Shown: positions 38,648 to 51,861 of the stretch, one piece after another
Layout of the letters: the number at the start of each line of letters is the position of its first letter
Position numbering within the stretch: the stretch's first letter is position 1
From: Eledone cirrhosa
Taxonomy: Eukaryota
Length of the DNA: 64,000 nucleotides
Direction: 5' to 3'
Assembly (NCBI GenBank): GCA_964016885.1
Contig: OZ024740.1
Location: 234,918,001 to 234,982,000, forward strand
Position numbers and translations under genes: made by a program
Notes under the pieces: generated by a model
Databases searched by the model: none
What the model was told of the DNA's origin: nothing
Seen by the model: only the letters and a program-made list of their open reading frames with translations

Positions 38648-39008
38648 CAGGTCACCAGTTGGTGCTACTGGTAACATGTATCCCAGTACAACCTGTCCCA
38701 TGGTCGGGTTGTTGGCGACTAAACTGGCAACACCACCAGGGTTTCTTGGTGAGGAGGGTGACTTTCGACATCCTGCAGGACTAAAAACAAAACCTGTCAA
38801 AGGGCAAAGGAGCTCTTAAGAATCAATGGCCATCCAAAATCCATGGACCCAGCACTATGTGTCAATCATTGTCACAAGTGTAGTGTTTGTACCAGAGTTT
38901 TCAAGTCGCTAGCTGGACTAAAAAGTCACACTCGTTCAGCGCATCGGTAGGGGTTCTACATGGATATAAAGTAGTGGCCGTACTCAAAAACGAGTTCGCA
39001 GCCACCAT
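38648..39008 (+). mobile_element. RTE-derived bipartite non-autonomous element (internally deleted copy)
   Basis: 5' part shared with 39150-39310, fused to a 3' part encoding [23 protein letters not shown] plus 3' UTR; ends in (AT)n. Confidence 0.75.
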
Positions 39009-39054
39009 ATATATATATATGTATGTATTTATATGTATGTATTTATATGTATGT

Positions 39055-39095
<41 letters not shown>

Positions 39096-39149
39096 TATAT
39101 GTGTATGTATATATGTATATATATATGTATGTATATATATATATACATA

Positions 39150-39726
39150 TATCCCAGTACAACCTGTCTCATGGTCGGGTCGTTGCCAACTAAACTGGCA
39201 ACCCCACCAAGGTTTCTTAGTGAGGAGGGTGACTTTGGACATCCTGCAGGACTAAAAACAAAACCTGTCAAAGGGCAAAGGAGCTCTTAAGAGTCAATGG
39301 CCATCCAAAATCACTGGGAGAGATGACCCCTTAGCCTTTGTCAAGGCAGAATTCTAGGAGAAGGAAAACTCTGATATAACACCTACAACCCTGATGGTAT
39401 CCAATGATGTTGACTTGTTCTTCTTTTTGGTAAATATCATCTTGGTTAAGAGAGTGGGACTGGCTTTGTGCAGTGCCTTTGCTCACTATAAAAGCTTCAC
39501 GGCACAGGCATTGCTTTATATCTGGAGATCTCTCTGCACTTGTCGTCACATGGTACCATGGGCCCAGCACTATGTGTCAATCATTGTCACAAGTGTAGTG
39601 TTTGTACCAGAGTTTTCAAGTCGCTGGCTGGACTAAAAAGTCACACTCGTTCAGCGCATCGGTAGGGGTTCTCCTACATGGATATAAAGTAGTGGCCGTA
39701 CTCGAAAACGAGTTGGCAGCCACCAT
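39150..39726 (+). mobile_element. RTE-derived bipartite non-autonomous element (longest copy)
   Basis: RTE-like 5' UTR (GGAGAAGGAAAACTCTG) plus C2H2 3' end. Other copies at 45480-45802 (+), 55973-56230 (-) and 61516-61652 (-). Confidence 0.75.
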
Positions 39727-40154
39727 CTATATATGTATTGTATAGTATATACTATAGAGGTATACCAAACGTTTTTCCTTTTTATAAAATAGTAGAATGC
39801 AATGTGGGCAATACGGGTTAAGTTAGATTGTTATTTCTAGCAGATCAAGTAACTATATATGTTCTTTTTAGTGTATTAAATAACAAATATATTTTATTGA
39901 CAACACTATTTTTGGAGTAGGGTTAATTTTTTATAGAATCTTTACTAGTGGATAGATTATTGTAAAAATTGTCAGTAAACTAAAGACTTTAATTCTTAAT
40001 ATAATGTAGATACAGTGCCGTTTTGTACTCTACAAGAATGTCTTGCCAATACAGTTTCATGTGGTACAGGATGTTAAGGGCTAATAAAGGCATTTTGAGG
40101 CATGCTGGTGTTTTAAGGTGGGAATATATCTGACAGAAAGTGAATTGAACTTAC

Positions 40155-40349
40155 AGTGATACCAAGCCAGCTTTGGATTTGTGCAGCTTTATCGGCACTA
40201 CGGTTGCAGGCATTTGTAACAAAAGCTACAGGCACACGCAACTGATGGTTGTCATCGGTCAAAAGCTTGAAAGCATCTACAGCAGCCTGTAGTGGTTCAG
40301 TGCCTCTTGCAAGGACTCCATCAATGTCAAACATAACTCCGAAATCAGG
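40155..40349 (-). CDS. HDHD5: HDHD5-like exon with HAD motifs I and II
   Basis: tttcag|PDFGVMFDIDGVLARG...LRVPVAFVTNA...SWLGIT|gtaagt. Confidence 0.95.
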
Positions 40350-40979
40350 CTGAAATGATAGAAACAAAATACAAAATAAGTATTTGTGGCTCACAAATTA
40401 TTAGTATTATTATTATTTGTAAAATTTGAGTATTTTCAGCACAGAAGGTAGCCATTGCCAACTGTATAATATATATATATATATATTTTTTTTTGGGGGG
40501 GGGGGGGGGGGAGATATAACCACAAATCGAACGGAGAGTGTGAGAGAGAGAGGCAGAAAGAGATGAGAAAAGAGGGGGTTAAAGGGAGAGGGGGAGGAGA
40601 AGGGGGCATGGATAAAAATGTGAACTAGAGCGATGGAGTGAAAGATTAACAAGAATAAGGCACCTGGCGTTAAATTTGGATCGTCAACCCCTATCAATAA
40701 TCTGCGATATAATATCGCAACATAGATTTAGTATTTCATTGGATATTTGTGCATTCACATACACCTCACCGGAGTCTCAACGAAGGGCCCAAGATGGGTA
40801 ATAGTTTGTTATGATGCATTTTCTCTTGACACCATAAGTAACTGATGGTATTTTGTCGAGAATTTGAAAAAGCAAGTAAAAATGCATCCTATACATACAT
40901 ACACACACACACAAACACAAGAACACTCAGAATATTCATAGATCCAAAAGGTCGATATATATTTACAGATGCAAATAGT

Positions 40980-41670
40980 CAAGCGGTGGATTGGCAGCAT
41001 CGGTAGAGCGCCGACCAACATGCATTGTGGCATACAGTTTGCGTTTTGAGTTCATATCCCGCCAAGGTTAGCTTTGCCTTTCATCCTTAAAGGGTCGAGA
41101 AAATAAAGTACCAGTAAAGTACTGAGGTCGGTATAATCAACTTTCACCAACAAATCGTTGGCCTTGTGGTTAATTTAGAGACCATATCCCGCCGAGGTTG
41201 ACTTTGCCTTTCATCCTTACGGGATCGATAAAATAAAGTACCAGTAATGCACTGGGATCGATTTAATCGACTTTCCCCTTCCCAAAATTGTTGGCTATGT
41301 GCCTAAATGAGAAACCATTACGGGGTCGATAAAATAAAGTACCAGTAATGCACTGGGATCGATTTAATCGACTTTCCCCTTCCCCAAAATTGTTGGCTAT
41401 GTGCCTAAATGAGAAACCATTACGGGGTCGATAAAATAAAGTACCAGTAATGCACTGGGTATTTGCTGGCCTTGTGCCTAAAGTAGAAACAATTATTATC
41501 GGTAGAGGGTCAGACGTCATGCTTGGCAGCATAGAATTACGGCCCTTTACGGTCTTATTTCAAATCCCGCCGAGATTAACTTCGCTTTTCATTCTTACGG
41601 GGTCGATAAAATAAAGCACCAGTAATGCACTGGGGTAATTGCTGGCTTTGTGACAAAAGTAGAAACAATT
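40980..41670 (+). mobile_element. Head-to-tail stack of SINE family 1 copies and 3' halves
   Basis: Repeated GGGGTCGATAAAATAAAGTACCAG segments with a period of about 100 bp. Confidence 0.85.
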
Positions 41671-43049
41671 ATTGTTGTTGTTGTTATTGTTGGAGTAGTG
41701 AACAACAGAAATACGATTATTTTGCCACGTTCAGTTATGTCCCTTTACATTGATGTTGAATTCTGTTTCATCTTTGCAGAAACGATAAAGAAAAATGTTT
41801 TCCGAAATTTTCGGTTTTACATAAATGATATAAAAGATTGTTGTTGTTGTTTAATGGCGATGGATTGGCAGAGTTGTAAGAATATCGGACAAAATACCTT
41901 ACGTTCTGAGTTTAAATCTCAACGAAATCAACTTTGCTTTCATTCTTCCGGAGTTGATAAATAAGGTACTAGTCATGTACTATGTCAATTCAATAGACTA
42001 AACCCTTTATGCTAATGCTAGAAACAGAGATGGGAAAGCACTGCACAAAATGTATTGTGATATTGTGAAGAAGAGTTATCTCCCTTCTAGATCTGATTTT
42101 AAGTTTCCCCACCGAATTTAACTTTATTTTTGCATCATACCAAGACCCATAAATAAATACCAGTCAAATACCAGGGAAAGATTTGTATAGCCTTTTACCT
42201 TTCAGAAATCATTATTAATTGTATTATTATTAAGGGCGGTGGATTGGCAGTATTGGTAGAGGATCGGACGCCATGCTTTGACGTATAGAGTTACGCCCCT
42301 TGCCATTCTAAGTTCAAATCCCGTCGAGGTTAACTTTGCCTTTCATCCTTACGGAGTCGATAAAATAAAGTACCAGTAATGTACTGGGTAATTTCTGGCC
42401 TTGTGCCTAACGTAGAAACAATTATTAATTGTATTATTATAACTTCTATGTCATCTAAAACCACGTTTGGTTGTTCGGTCTCCCATATTCCTGGGTGGAG
42501 CAGCAGACTTTACGGTATTTTGTTATGTCTTTTTACGTTCTGAATTGAAATCTATCCGAGGTCGACGTTGATTTTCGTCCTTCCCATTTAGAAATATTTA
42601 GGTTGACTAAATTTCCTATACCCTGAAACAATGGGGCCCTAGCATGGTCTTACTCCAATGACTCAATCCAGTAAAAAAAAATAATAATTAGACGAAGGAC
42701 GGGCAATGCTCGGGATTTCTGCAGTCACTCTCACATATGTTGAGTGAATTCGTAAAGAAAATTAGTCTTCAGCAACTAGAAGCTATTTTCATTGTCGAAA
42801 CATTGTCCACGGATTCGTCAGACAGGAGCTTGTCCAGGTTTCATTGGCACAAAGGGAATGAGAGTACAACACCACCAGCCTAGACGAGACACCGTCACAT
42901 GGTTAACCCCCTAGCTGCTACTGCCGACACTCAATTCTTAACTGAGTGGATTCAATCAATGTGAAATGAAGTTTTTTGCTCCCCCTTCCCGTTCTTTTCT
43001 TCTTTCTTTCACTCTTTTTTTCTCTATATTTCCCTATCATAATAATAAT

Positions 43050-43350
43050 GAAATTATTGTGTAAAGTGCTCAGGTGCACTACAACTCCTCAAAGGTTGTA
43101 TGTATAGTACATAGAATAATATACAAATGTCAGGGAAGTGAATAGTGTATGAGTCATGATATACATGTGTGTATGTGTATGGAGGGGGAACATTAGGTGT
43201 AGTGTTGGCGAATCTCGGGAAGCATGGAGGTTTTAAAGGATGCAGTGTCTCGACAGCTAACAACTGATGCAGGTAATTTGTTCCATGCTTCAGCAACTTT
43301 CAACTCTGAGCGTGAAAAAATGTTTCCGAAAGTCAAGGGAAATGTGCTGT
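43050..43350 (-). mobile_element. CR1/L2-type LINE 3' fragment
   Basis: DFRKHFFTLRV...AWNKLPASVV...SFK. Confidence 0.7.
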
Positions 43351-43904
43351 TTTCATTCTTTCTTTCCTTTTGATTCCCCCCTTTTTTTTTTCTTACTAAA
43401 TTTTAGTTTATTGTTTAGTCCTCTGTCAACCCTTATTGAGCAGTCAAGATCTCTCTCTCTCTCTCTCTCTCCCTCTCTCCCTCTCTCTCTCAGACTTGTT
43501 GTTTAGTCCTCTGTCAACCCTTATTTATATATCGCTTGGTAAGGGAATTAAAGTCACCGTGAGCTAAACCCCGTAACCACCAGGCCATTCACACATATTT
43601 ACTACTCGGAATCGACGCCAGTTCATTCCATTCCCATCGCTGTAATAAGTAATAAGATTGAAGTGATCAGTACGCTGGATTGCCCAGCTGGCTGAGATTC
43701 CTAATCGATATCAGTTCACTTCATTTGTATTACTAATGCTCTTTAGCCGATATTTCCATCCATTGTGCCGTATATGGCCCGCGGTAGTGCCACACTATTT
43801 TACGGCGAATTGGAAAATGCCAGGTTATTTTGAAAATTTGAGTATTTTAATGGACCACACCAGTGCATGAGTATTTCTTTGTGGCAAAGTACAATATGTG
43901 TGCC

Positions 43905-44195
43905 CAGAGGCATAACTAGGGTATGGCCAGCATGGCACCGTGCTATGGGCACCACATGAAGAGGGCGCCACTTGGACTAGGAGCACATTCTATTAAAGTC
44001 AAATAAAGTCAGAGAGTGAAAAAAGAAACTCCTTCAGATGTGATCTGTCTGATTATCATGGGTGAGAACACTATGGTGGCTGGGTTATTAAACCATTTAT
44101 ATAAATTATTAGGCTCATAAGTAAAAATACAGTGCTGGGCAGGGTCACAATTTCACTGCTTGCCATAGGCGCTGATTTCCCTAGTTATGCCTCTA
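43905..44195. mobile_element. MITE with 16-bp TIR
   Basis: AGAGGCATAACTAGGG / CCCTAGTTATGCCTCT; imperfect 8-bp flanking duplication TGTGTGCC / CGAGTGCC. Confidence 0.7.
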
Positions 44196-44333
44196 CGAGT
44201 GCCTATTACTGGTTTTTAAATAATTTTAATACACGTTTATTTGTTTGTTTATTAGTTGTTGCTGGGGTGTTTTTAAAATGTAATATGACTTTTGAAAAAC
44301 TGGTGTGCCGTAACACTTTTAGCAACGCATTCG

Positions 44334-44531
44334 CAGACCTGCCAACCTCTAAAAACCGAAACCAGGAGTACCATGAAAAAAGTGCCCTCAAAAAAACGGG
44401 GAGAAATTGGGCAAAATGGGGAGATTTTACATAATGAAGACTATACCCATTTTCACAAAAGAAGACATGTCTCACTCACCCCAAAGTGGGTGGGAGATCA
44501 CCCCGTCGGACGGGGCGAGTTAACCGGTCTG
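44334..44531 (+). mobile_element. MITE (CAGACCTGCCAAC TIR family), copy 3
   Basis: TIRs present; flanks CATTCG / CATTCA. Confidence 0.82.
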
Positions 44532-46239
44532 CATTCAATGAGCCGTGAGTCAAAAGGCGTTGAAAATTGCCGCTCTTAAGAAAAAGCTAAATATCACATA
44601 TTTTAATTATGTCTATAAAAAAAAATTAGTCATGTAAAATGGATTAAAGCATAATCCTTGAGCTGGGATTGAACCAACAACACAATAGATCTACGCCTCC
44701 ATTAATTATTAAACTTCACTGAATGTGCGTGTGTGTGCGCGCGCTCGCGTAAAGCCTTCGTCATTTGTTTTTAGAGATTTAGACTAACGCTTTATCTGTG
44801 TTCTCCCTGATTGCTTAATGTAGATTCACAAAACAACATATAAGAAAGTCAGACATCACTAACAATATTCCAGTAAGAGATAAGGCATCATCCGTCAATA
44901 ATAATAATAATAAAAAAACAGTGAGGTTATCATGTGCCTTCCACCATTAACTGCAACTCGCAAACGTCTATCACAACGTGCTAGACACATGATCTCAGCG
45001 TGTCATTGCGTCCTTTTGTCCATTGAATAGCACCGTTGTTCAGCAAGGAGCCACGTAGTTGAGTAGTCTCCGTTGTAAACAAAACTGGACAGTCAGCAAG
45101 GCAAGTGAAAGTCGATAGCCCAGTTTATGACACCGGTTTACACTTCACCTACTTCGACTCGTGACCACTTTATTATTTTAAAATAATAATAATAATGATT
45201 TCTACAATAGGCACAAGGCCAGTAATTTTGGGAGAGGGGGAAAGTCGATTAAATCGATCCCAGTGCATTACTGGTACTTTATTTTATCGACCCCCGTAAG
45301 GACGAAAGGCAAAGCTAACCTCGGCGGGATTTGATCTCAGATCGTAAAGGGGCCTAAGAGCTAAAAAGATCCCACAGCAACCATGCAACATCCATTTTGA
45401 GAAAAATCTACATCTATACACACGTACATGTATGTATGTATGTATGTATGTATGTATGTATGTATGTATGTATGTATATATGATGTTGACTTGTTCTTCT
45501 TTTTGGTAAATATCATCTTGGTTAAGAGAGTGGGACTGGCTTTGTGCAGTGTCTTTGCTCACTATAAAAGCTTCACGGCACAGGCATTGCTTTATATCTG
45601 GAGATCTCTCTGCACTTGTCGTCACATGGTACCATGGGCCCAGCACTATGTGTCAATAATTGTCACAAGTGTAGAGTTTGTACCAGAGTTTTCAAGTCGC
45701 TGGCTGGACTAAAAAGTCACACTCGTTCAGCGCATCGGTAGGGGTTCTCCTACATGGATATAAAGTAGTGGCCGTACTCGAAAACGAGTTGGCAGCTACC
45801 ATATGTATATATATATATATGTATGTGTGTGTGAGTATGTATACATGTATGTATGAATTTATGTGTGAGTATGTATGTATGTATGTATGTAGATGCATTT
45901 ATATTATAATGAAAAATATGAACTGCCAGCAAACAGGCTGATATAAATGTGACATGTTTTAAAGGAAATTAGTGAAATAAATATAGTAAAATTAGGAGCT
46001 TATCGCCTCAAATTTTACAAGCACAGTTATATGTCTCCATAGCATGTGTTGTTTTGTTGCCTGTCTCCTATAATTTGACCTTGATTGCACCTGTATGATT
46101 AGATGACTTATGTAAGATTGAGAGGCTTGTTCAACTGATACAATTCAAGTAGAATACAGAGGATAGTTTAAATGATACAGCTTAGATAAATTTCAGAGGA
46201 ATCACCATCATCATCATCATCATCACCATTATTTAGTGG

Positions 46240-46625
46240 ATTGTGGATTGGCAGTATCGGTAGAGAGTCGGACGCCATGCTTTCCAGCATAGTTACGTCC
46301 CTTTACGGTCTGAGTTCAAATCCTGCCGAGGTTTACTTTGCCTTTCATCCCTACGGGGTCGATAAAATAAAGTACCAGTAATGTACTGGGTAATTGCTGG
46401 CCTTGTGCCAAAGTAGAAACAATTATTTAGTGGATTGGCAGTATCGGTAGAGGGTCGGACGCCATGCTTTGAAATATAGAGTTACGGCCCTTTGCGTTCC
46501 GAGTTCAAATCCCGCCGAGGTTAACTTTGCCTTTCATCTTTACGGGGGGGGGGGGGTCGATAAAATAAAGTACTAGTAATGCACTAGGGTAATTGCTGGC
46601 CTTGTGCCAAAAGTAGAAACAATTA
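46240..46625 (+). mobile_element. Two tandem full-length SINE family 1 copies
   Basis: GGATTGGCAGTATCGGTAGAG head through AGTAGAAACAATTATT tail, twice. Confidence 0.85.
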
Positions 46626-47019
46626 TTTATCATTCGCTTTTCCATGCTGGCATGAATCAGACAGGTTGTCATCAACCAAGTCAGTACTTAATCATCAGAG
46701 TTACTGTCCTCTAAAATTGCAGTTTTGGCATTATTTCTATGGATGGGTGCCTGTCCTATCACCAATCCCTTTACAAAATGTACTGGATGTGTTTTATCAT
46801 GGCACCAGCTCTAGAGAGGTTGCCATGTCCTTGACACAAATGAAAAATCTTCTCAACCCTTTGTTTGGTATGGTTTCTATGAAGGGATGCCTTTCCTAAC
46901 ACCAGTTACTTTACAGAATGTTTCTTTATGTAGGGTTCAGGGGTGGGGGTTAATGATACAGCTTAATTAAAGTTCTGATGATTAAAATCCTACTATTTGT
47001 GGTAAAGATGATACAAACA

Positions 47020-48450
47020 AAGGGGTTTGCCAGTGATGCTTACTCTTTCCAGTAATTTTTAACATATACACCAAAGAAATAATGAGAGAAGTTATGGATA
47101 ATGGAAGAACAAAACACTTTGACTTTCTACAAGTTGGATAATCATCAATAGAGGAACTCTAACATGCAGATGATACAGCTTTGATATCTAAATCAAGATC
47201 TGGTTTAAAAACCTATGTTGATGCACTGTGTGAAAGGAGTAAGGCTTATGATGCACTAGATAAAAAGAGTAAGGTCTATGGTGTACTAGATAAAAAGAGT
47301 ATGAATTCAAAGGTAATAGAAGTGACAAAATGGGATTGTAATAATTATTTCTATTTTATGCACAAGGCCAACAATTTTGGGGAAGAGGAAAGTCTATCAA
47401 ATCGACCCCAGTGCATAACTGGTGCTTTACCCCCATAAGGATGAAAGGCAAAGCTCACCTCGGCAGGATTTGAACTCAGAACGTAAAGGGCCTTAACTCT
47501 ATATCGCAAAGTATGTTGTCCGACACCCAACCGATACTGCCAATCCACTGATTGTAATAATATGGAAAGAACAGAAATATGTGGATCTGTACTAAAGGTG
47601 TTTATCACAACATATATTTTGGAGCTGGAATCCAGAGGGGTAGTGACAATAGCAAAAAAAAAAATCAAAAGTCATCTTGCTATGGGACTAAAACCCCCTA
47701 AATGGCATGAAAAGACTGTAACAAGGATAATACAAACAGATAAAGCCCAAAGCCTTTGGAGCCTGAATCTTCCCAATAGAAACATATACATGTGAGACTT
47801 GGGTATTACGAAAAGTAGGTGACCAAATTATCATTGCTTTCAAGAATATGTGTTATCAATGGATTTTGAGAGTCACCTGGGTGAGGTAATGCACAAATGA
47901 TGACATCAGAGAGGAGTCAATCATTCCAAATAATTGGTTATTACAGTATATAAAGAAGAAACGGAAGCTAGGATATTTTGGTAATCTGATAGGGTGTGAT
48001 GTAATGGAAAACAAAGACTTTGAAGTGCACAATCCTGGGAATAGAGCATGAGGGAGACATGATGCAGATGGGGATAAGGACAATAACAGAGGTCTTTGGT
48101 TCAATGGAGAAAATCAGAAAGATTGTACAAAGTAAAGAATAGTATTGTTTACTGTGAGAGAAGCTATGTTGCAGAAAGTGTATGCTATCAGATGCATTAG
48201 TGTTGTGTAAGGGTCATGGAAATACTCAGTTTGGTGTCCAAGCACACAGTTAAGACACCAAGAGTGAGAGAAGACACCTGGTCCTTGTTAGGACATCATT
48301 CTAGGAGGAGGAAAACTCTAATATAAAACCAGCAACTTGATGACAGCCAATGATGTTGAGCTGTTCTTCTTTTTATATACCTGTCACCATTATTCAGAGA
48401 GTAGGATTGGTCAAGTGCAAAGCTGTAGCCAAAAAAGGCTTCGTTATTTT
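47020..48450 (+). mobile_element. Highly degraded RTE LINE remnant, interrupted by a SINE
   Basis: P.IFNIYTKEIMRE and HADDTALI RT fragments; RTE 5'-UTR-like segment at about 48290-48420. Confidence 0.55.
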
Positions 48451-49499
48451 TATTTCACTGCAGCAGCATATGCAGAAAGGACTACAATATCATGTCTATG
48501 CCACCCATGAGTGAGAAAAGGATCATGATTCATGATGGTAATTCTCAAAATTGAGATGAAGCCATCATATATGAGTGCATAGAGATCTGAGAGCAGCAGT
48601 GATACAATGTTGCTTTTTTATCTCCAGTTCAGCCCCAATTAATTAAATTCATGAAGAACTTCCAGACGTAATAAGTATGTCCAAATGTATGCTTCTTTAT
48701 TTAAAACAGGAGGGTGAGATTTGAGGTAGAGTTAGATATTATGTTTAGTGTGTTAAAGTGACCACATAGAGACTACCACGTATGACAATTATTTAGCTCT
48801 ATCAAAAATTTCAACTATTATGATTGTTTGTCCAGTAATAGTTTCTGATTTAGGCACAAGGGCAACAATTTCGGTGGAGGGGAAAGTCAATTAAATCAAC
48901 CCAGTGCATTACTGGTACTTTATCCGTAAGCTAACCTCAGCAGGATTTGAAGTCAGAACGTAAAGGGATGTAACTGACCCTCTACTGATACTGCCAATCC
49001 ACCGCCCTTATCAACTAAGGAATAATGGTAACTATAACAATGGGACTTTGTGAATTTAATACAAGATACTTACTTCTTGCTGAATGTAGCCATCATCATC
49101 ATCATGATCGTCAATGGCTGCAAAAGAAAAAGGAAAGAAAAGAATAAATAATAATAATCATAATAATGATTTCTAGTATGGGCACAAGGCCAGCAATTTT
49201 GGGGGAGGGGAAAGTCTATTAAATCGACCCCAGTGCATGACTGGTACTTTATTTTATCGACCCTATAAGGATGAAAGGCAAAGTTAACCTCGGCGGGACT
49301 TGAACTCAGATCGTAAAGGAACGTAACTCTATGTTGCAAAGCATGGCGTCTGACCCTCTACCGATAATAATAATAATAATATTTACGATTTCTAAATTTC
49401 ACACAAGGTCAGAAGGGGTTGGGGGGGGGGGTGATTATATGGGCCCCAGTACTTGACTGGTACTATATTTTCTTAACTCCAGAAGAATGAAACAATACA

Positions 49500-49995
49500 C
49501 TGACACGGTTGTCATAGATATAGTTACAGTTGTGACAGAGTGTATAGTGTGACAGGTTGACAAGGTTGTGTCATAGTTACAGCTGTGACAGAGTGTATAA
49601 TGTGACAGGTTGACACGGTTGTGTCATAGTTACAGCTGTGACAGAGTGTATAGTGTGACAGGTTGACACGGTTGTGTCATAGTTACAGCTGTGACAGAGT
49701 GTATAATGTGACAGGTTGACACGGTTGTGTCATAGATATAGCTGTGACAGAGTGTATAGTGTGACAGGTTGACACGGTTGTGTCATAGTTATAGATGTGA
49801 CAGAGTGTATAGTGTGACAGGCTGACATGGTTGTGTCATAGATATAGCTGTGGCAGAGTGTATAGTGTGACAGGTTGACACGGTTGTGTCATAGATATAG
49901 CTGTGACAGAGTGTATAGTGTGACAGGTTGACACGGTTATGTCATAGTTACAGCTGTGACAGAGTGTATAGTGTGACAGGTTGACACGGTTGTGT
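49500..49995. repeat. 53-bp minisatellite, about 9 units
   Basis: Unit TGACACGGTTGTGTCATAGTTACAGCTGTGACAGAGTGTATAGTGTGACAGGT. Confidence 0.95.
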
Positions 49996-51218
49996 AATTG
50001 AAGATATATACTTGGCACAGTTAATGGTGGATGAAGGGAGGGGATCAGATTGGGCTGCAGCCAAGGGTCCAATGAAATGTTCAGCCAGGCATCACATGCA
50101 AGCTCATACTTCCCACACTATCTACACAACATGTATCAAAACACATATACTTGCAACGTTAGTCCGTTCCTACATAAAGCTTGGAATCCTTTTGTTTAAA
50201 AAAGAATACACCCGAATCTCTCACCAAAAAATAAATGAAAATGAAAATGTATGTTTATTTAGATATCTGTGACTTGTGTGGCTAAAATCTATAGTTTGCC
50301 CAGTTTAGCCTTAAATCTAGCACATTTATTAATGTAACAAAGTACTTTGTGACGTATTACACACATTATCAGAACGATTTATCATAAAACAATGAGTGGT
50401 GTATGTATGTATGTATATATGTATGTCTATATATAAAACAATGAGTGGTGTTGCCTCTTCTGTATGCTTGTATGTCTATGTATGTATGTATGTATGTATA
50501 CATGCATGTATGTATATATATGTATGTATGCATGCATATATGTATGCATGCATATATGTATGTCTATGTATGTATATATGTATGTGTATGTATATGTGTA
50601 TGTATGTATCTATGTATGTATCTATGTACGTCTGTGTATGTATGTATATATGTATGTATGTGTATATATATGTGTATGTATGTATGTATGTATGTACGTA
50701 CGTCTGTGTATGTATGTGTGTATGTATGTATGTATGTATGTATGTATGTATGTATGTATGTATATGTGTATGTATGTACGTCTGTGTATGTATGTATGTG
50801 TGTATGTATGTATGTATGTATGTGGTGGCCAACGATAACAGATTAATACTTTCTTACCGACCAAAGACAGATTTGAACGTAAGACAATAGGAGAGAGTTG
50901 GTGGGGGAGTGAAATAAAGAGGAGGTAGTGAAAAGGTAAGAGAGAAGGGGTAGTAGGTAGAGTAGAGGAAGGACAGGAAGGAATAAGGTAAGGGTGAGTC
51001 GAGAAGATAAGGTAGTACGGTTAGCAAGAGGAGGAGGAGGAGGAGAAGGGTAATGACATAAGTAACAAAGCGGTGGGTGTGGTAGCGAATGCGTATAAGG
51101 ATGAAAGAGATGGCTTAGAGAAAGGAAAGGGATATGGTAGCGAAAGAGGAGTAAAGATAAATGGTTGGGATAAGGCGGGCTTGAAGGTTATTTTTGACGT
51201 AATGACATTAATATGGTT

Positions 51219-51261
<43 letters not shown>

Positions 51262-51861
51262 ATGTGTGTATGTGTGTGCGTGTGTTTATGTCTATGTCTA
51301 TGTGTGTGTGTGTATGTGCATGTGTGTATGTCTATGTGTGTGTGTATGTCTGTGTGTGTATGTCTATGTGTGTGTGTGTATGTCTGTATGTGTGTGTCTA
51401 TGTGTGTGTGTATGTGTATGTTTATGTGTGTATGTCTGTCTATGTGTGTGTGTGCATGTGTGTATCTGTGTGTGTGTATGTGTGTGTATGTTTGTCTATG
51501 TCTATGTGTGTATGTCTATGTGTGTGTGTATGTCTGTGTGTGTATGTCTATGTGTGTATGCCTGTATGTGTGTGTCTATGTGTATGTGTGTATGTCTGTC
51601 TAAGTGTGTGTGTGTGCATCTCTCTGTGTGTGTATGTCTGTCTAAGTGTGTGTGTGTGCATGTGTGCATCTCTCTGTGTGTGTATGTGTGAAAATATACT
51701 TTGTGTACACTAGCTGACTACAATATATGCCAAGGTACAACAGCTAACAACACCAAGGTAGAGTATTTGCACCAGGGCACACTTGAGTGCACCAACTTAC
51801 TATATAACTGTGCAGCACTAGAGCGCAACTGAATAGAGAGGGAGGCCTCCTCCGGTGAAGG

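Noticed and set aside
40760-45170. Candidate missing HDHD5 5' exons near 40.8 kb and 45.0 kb
   Set aside because: No donor, acceptor and phase combination gave a stop-free join to the 40349 exon.
49500-49995. Palindromic repeats suggestive of a CRISPR array
   Set aside because: Intervening sequences are near-identical rather than unique spacers.
50396-51713. Long YV/CV-rich ORFs (also near 13, 23, 27, 39, 61 and 63 kb)
   Set aside because: Translations of TA, TG and TATG microsatellites.
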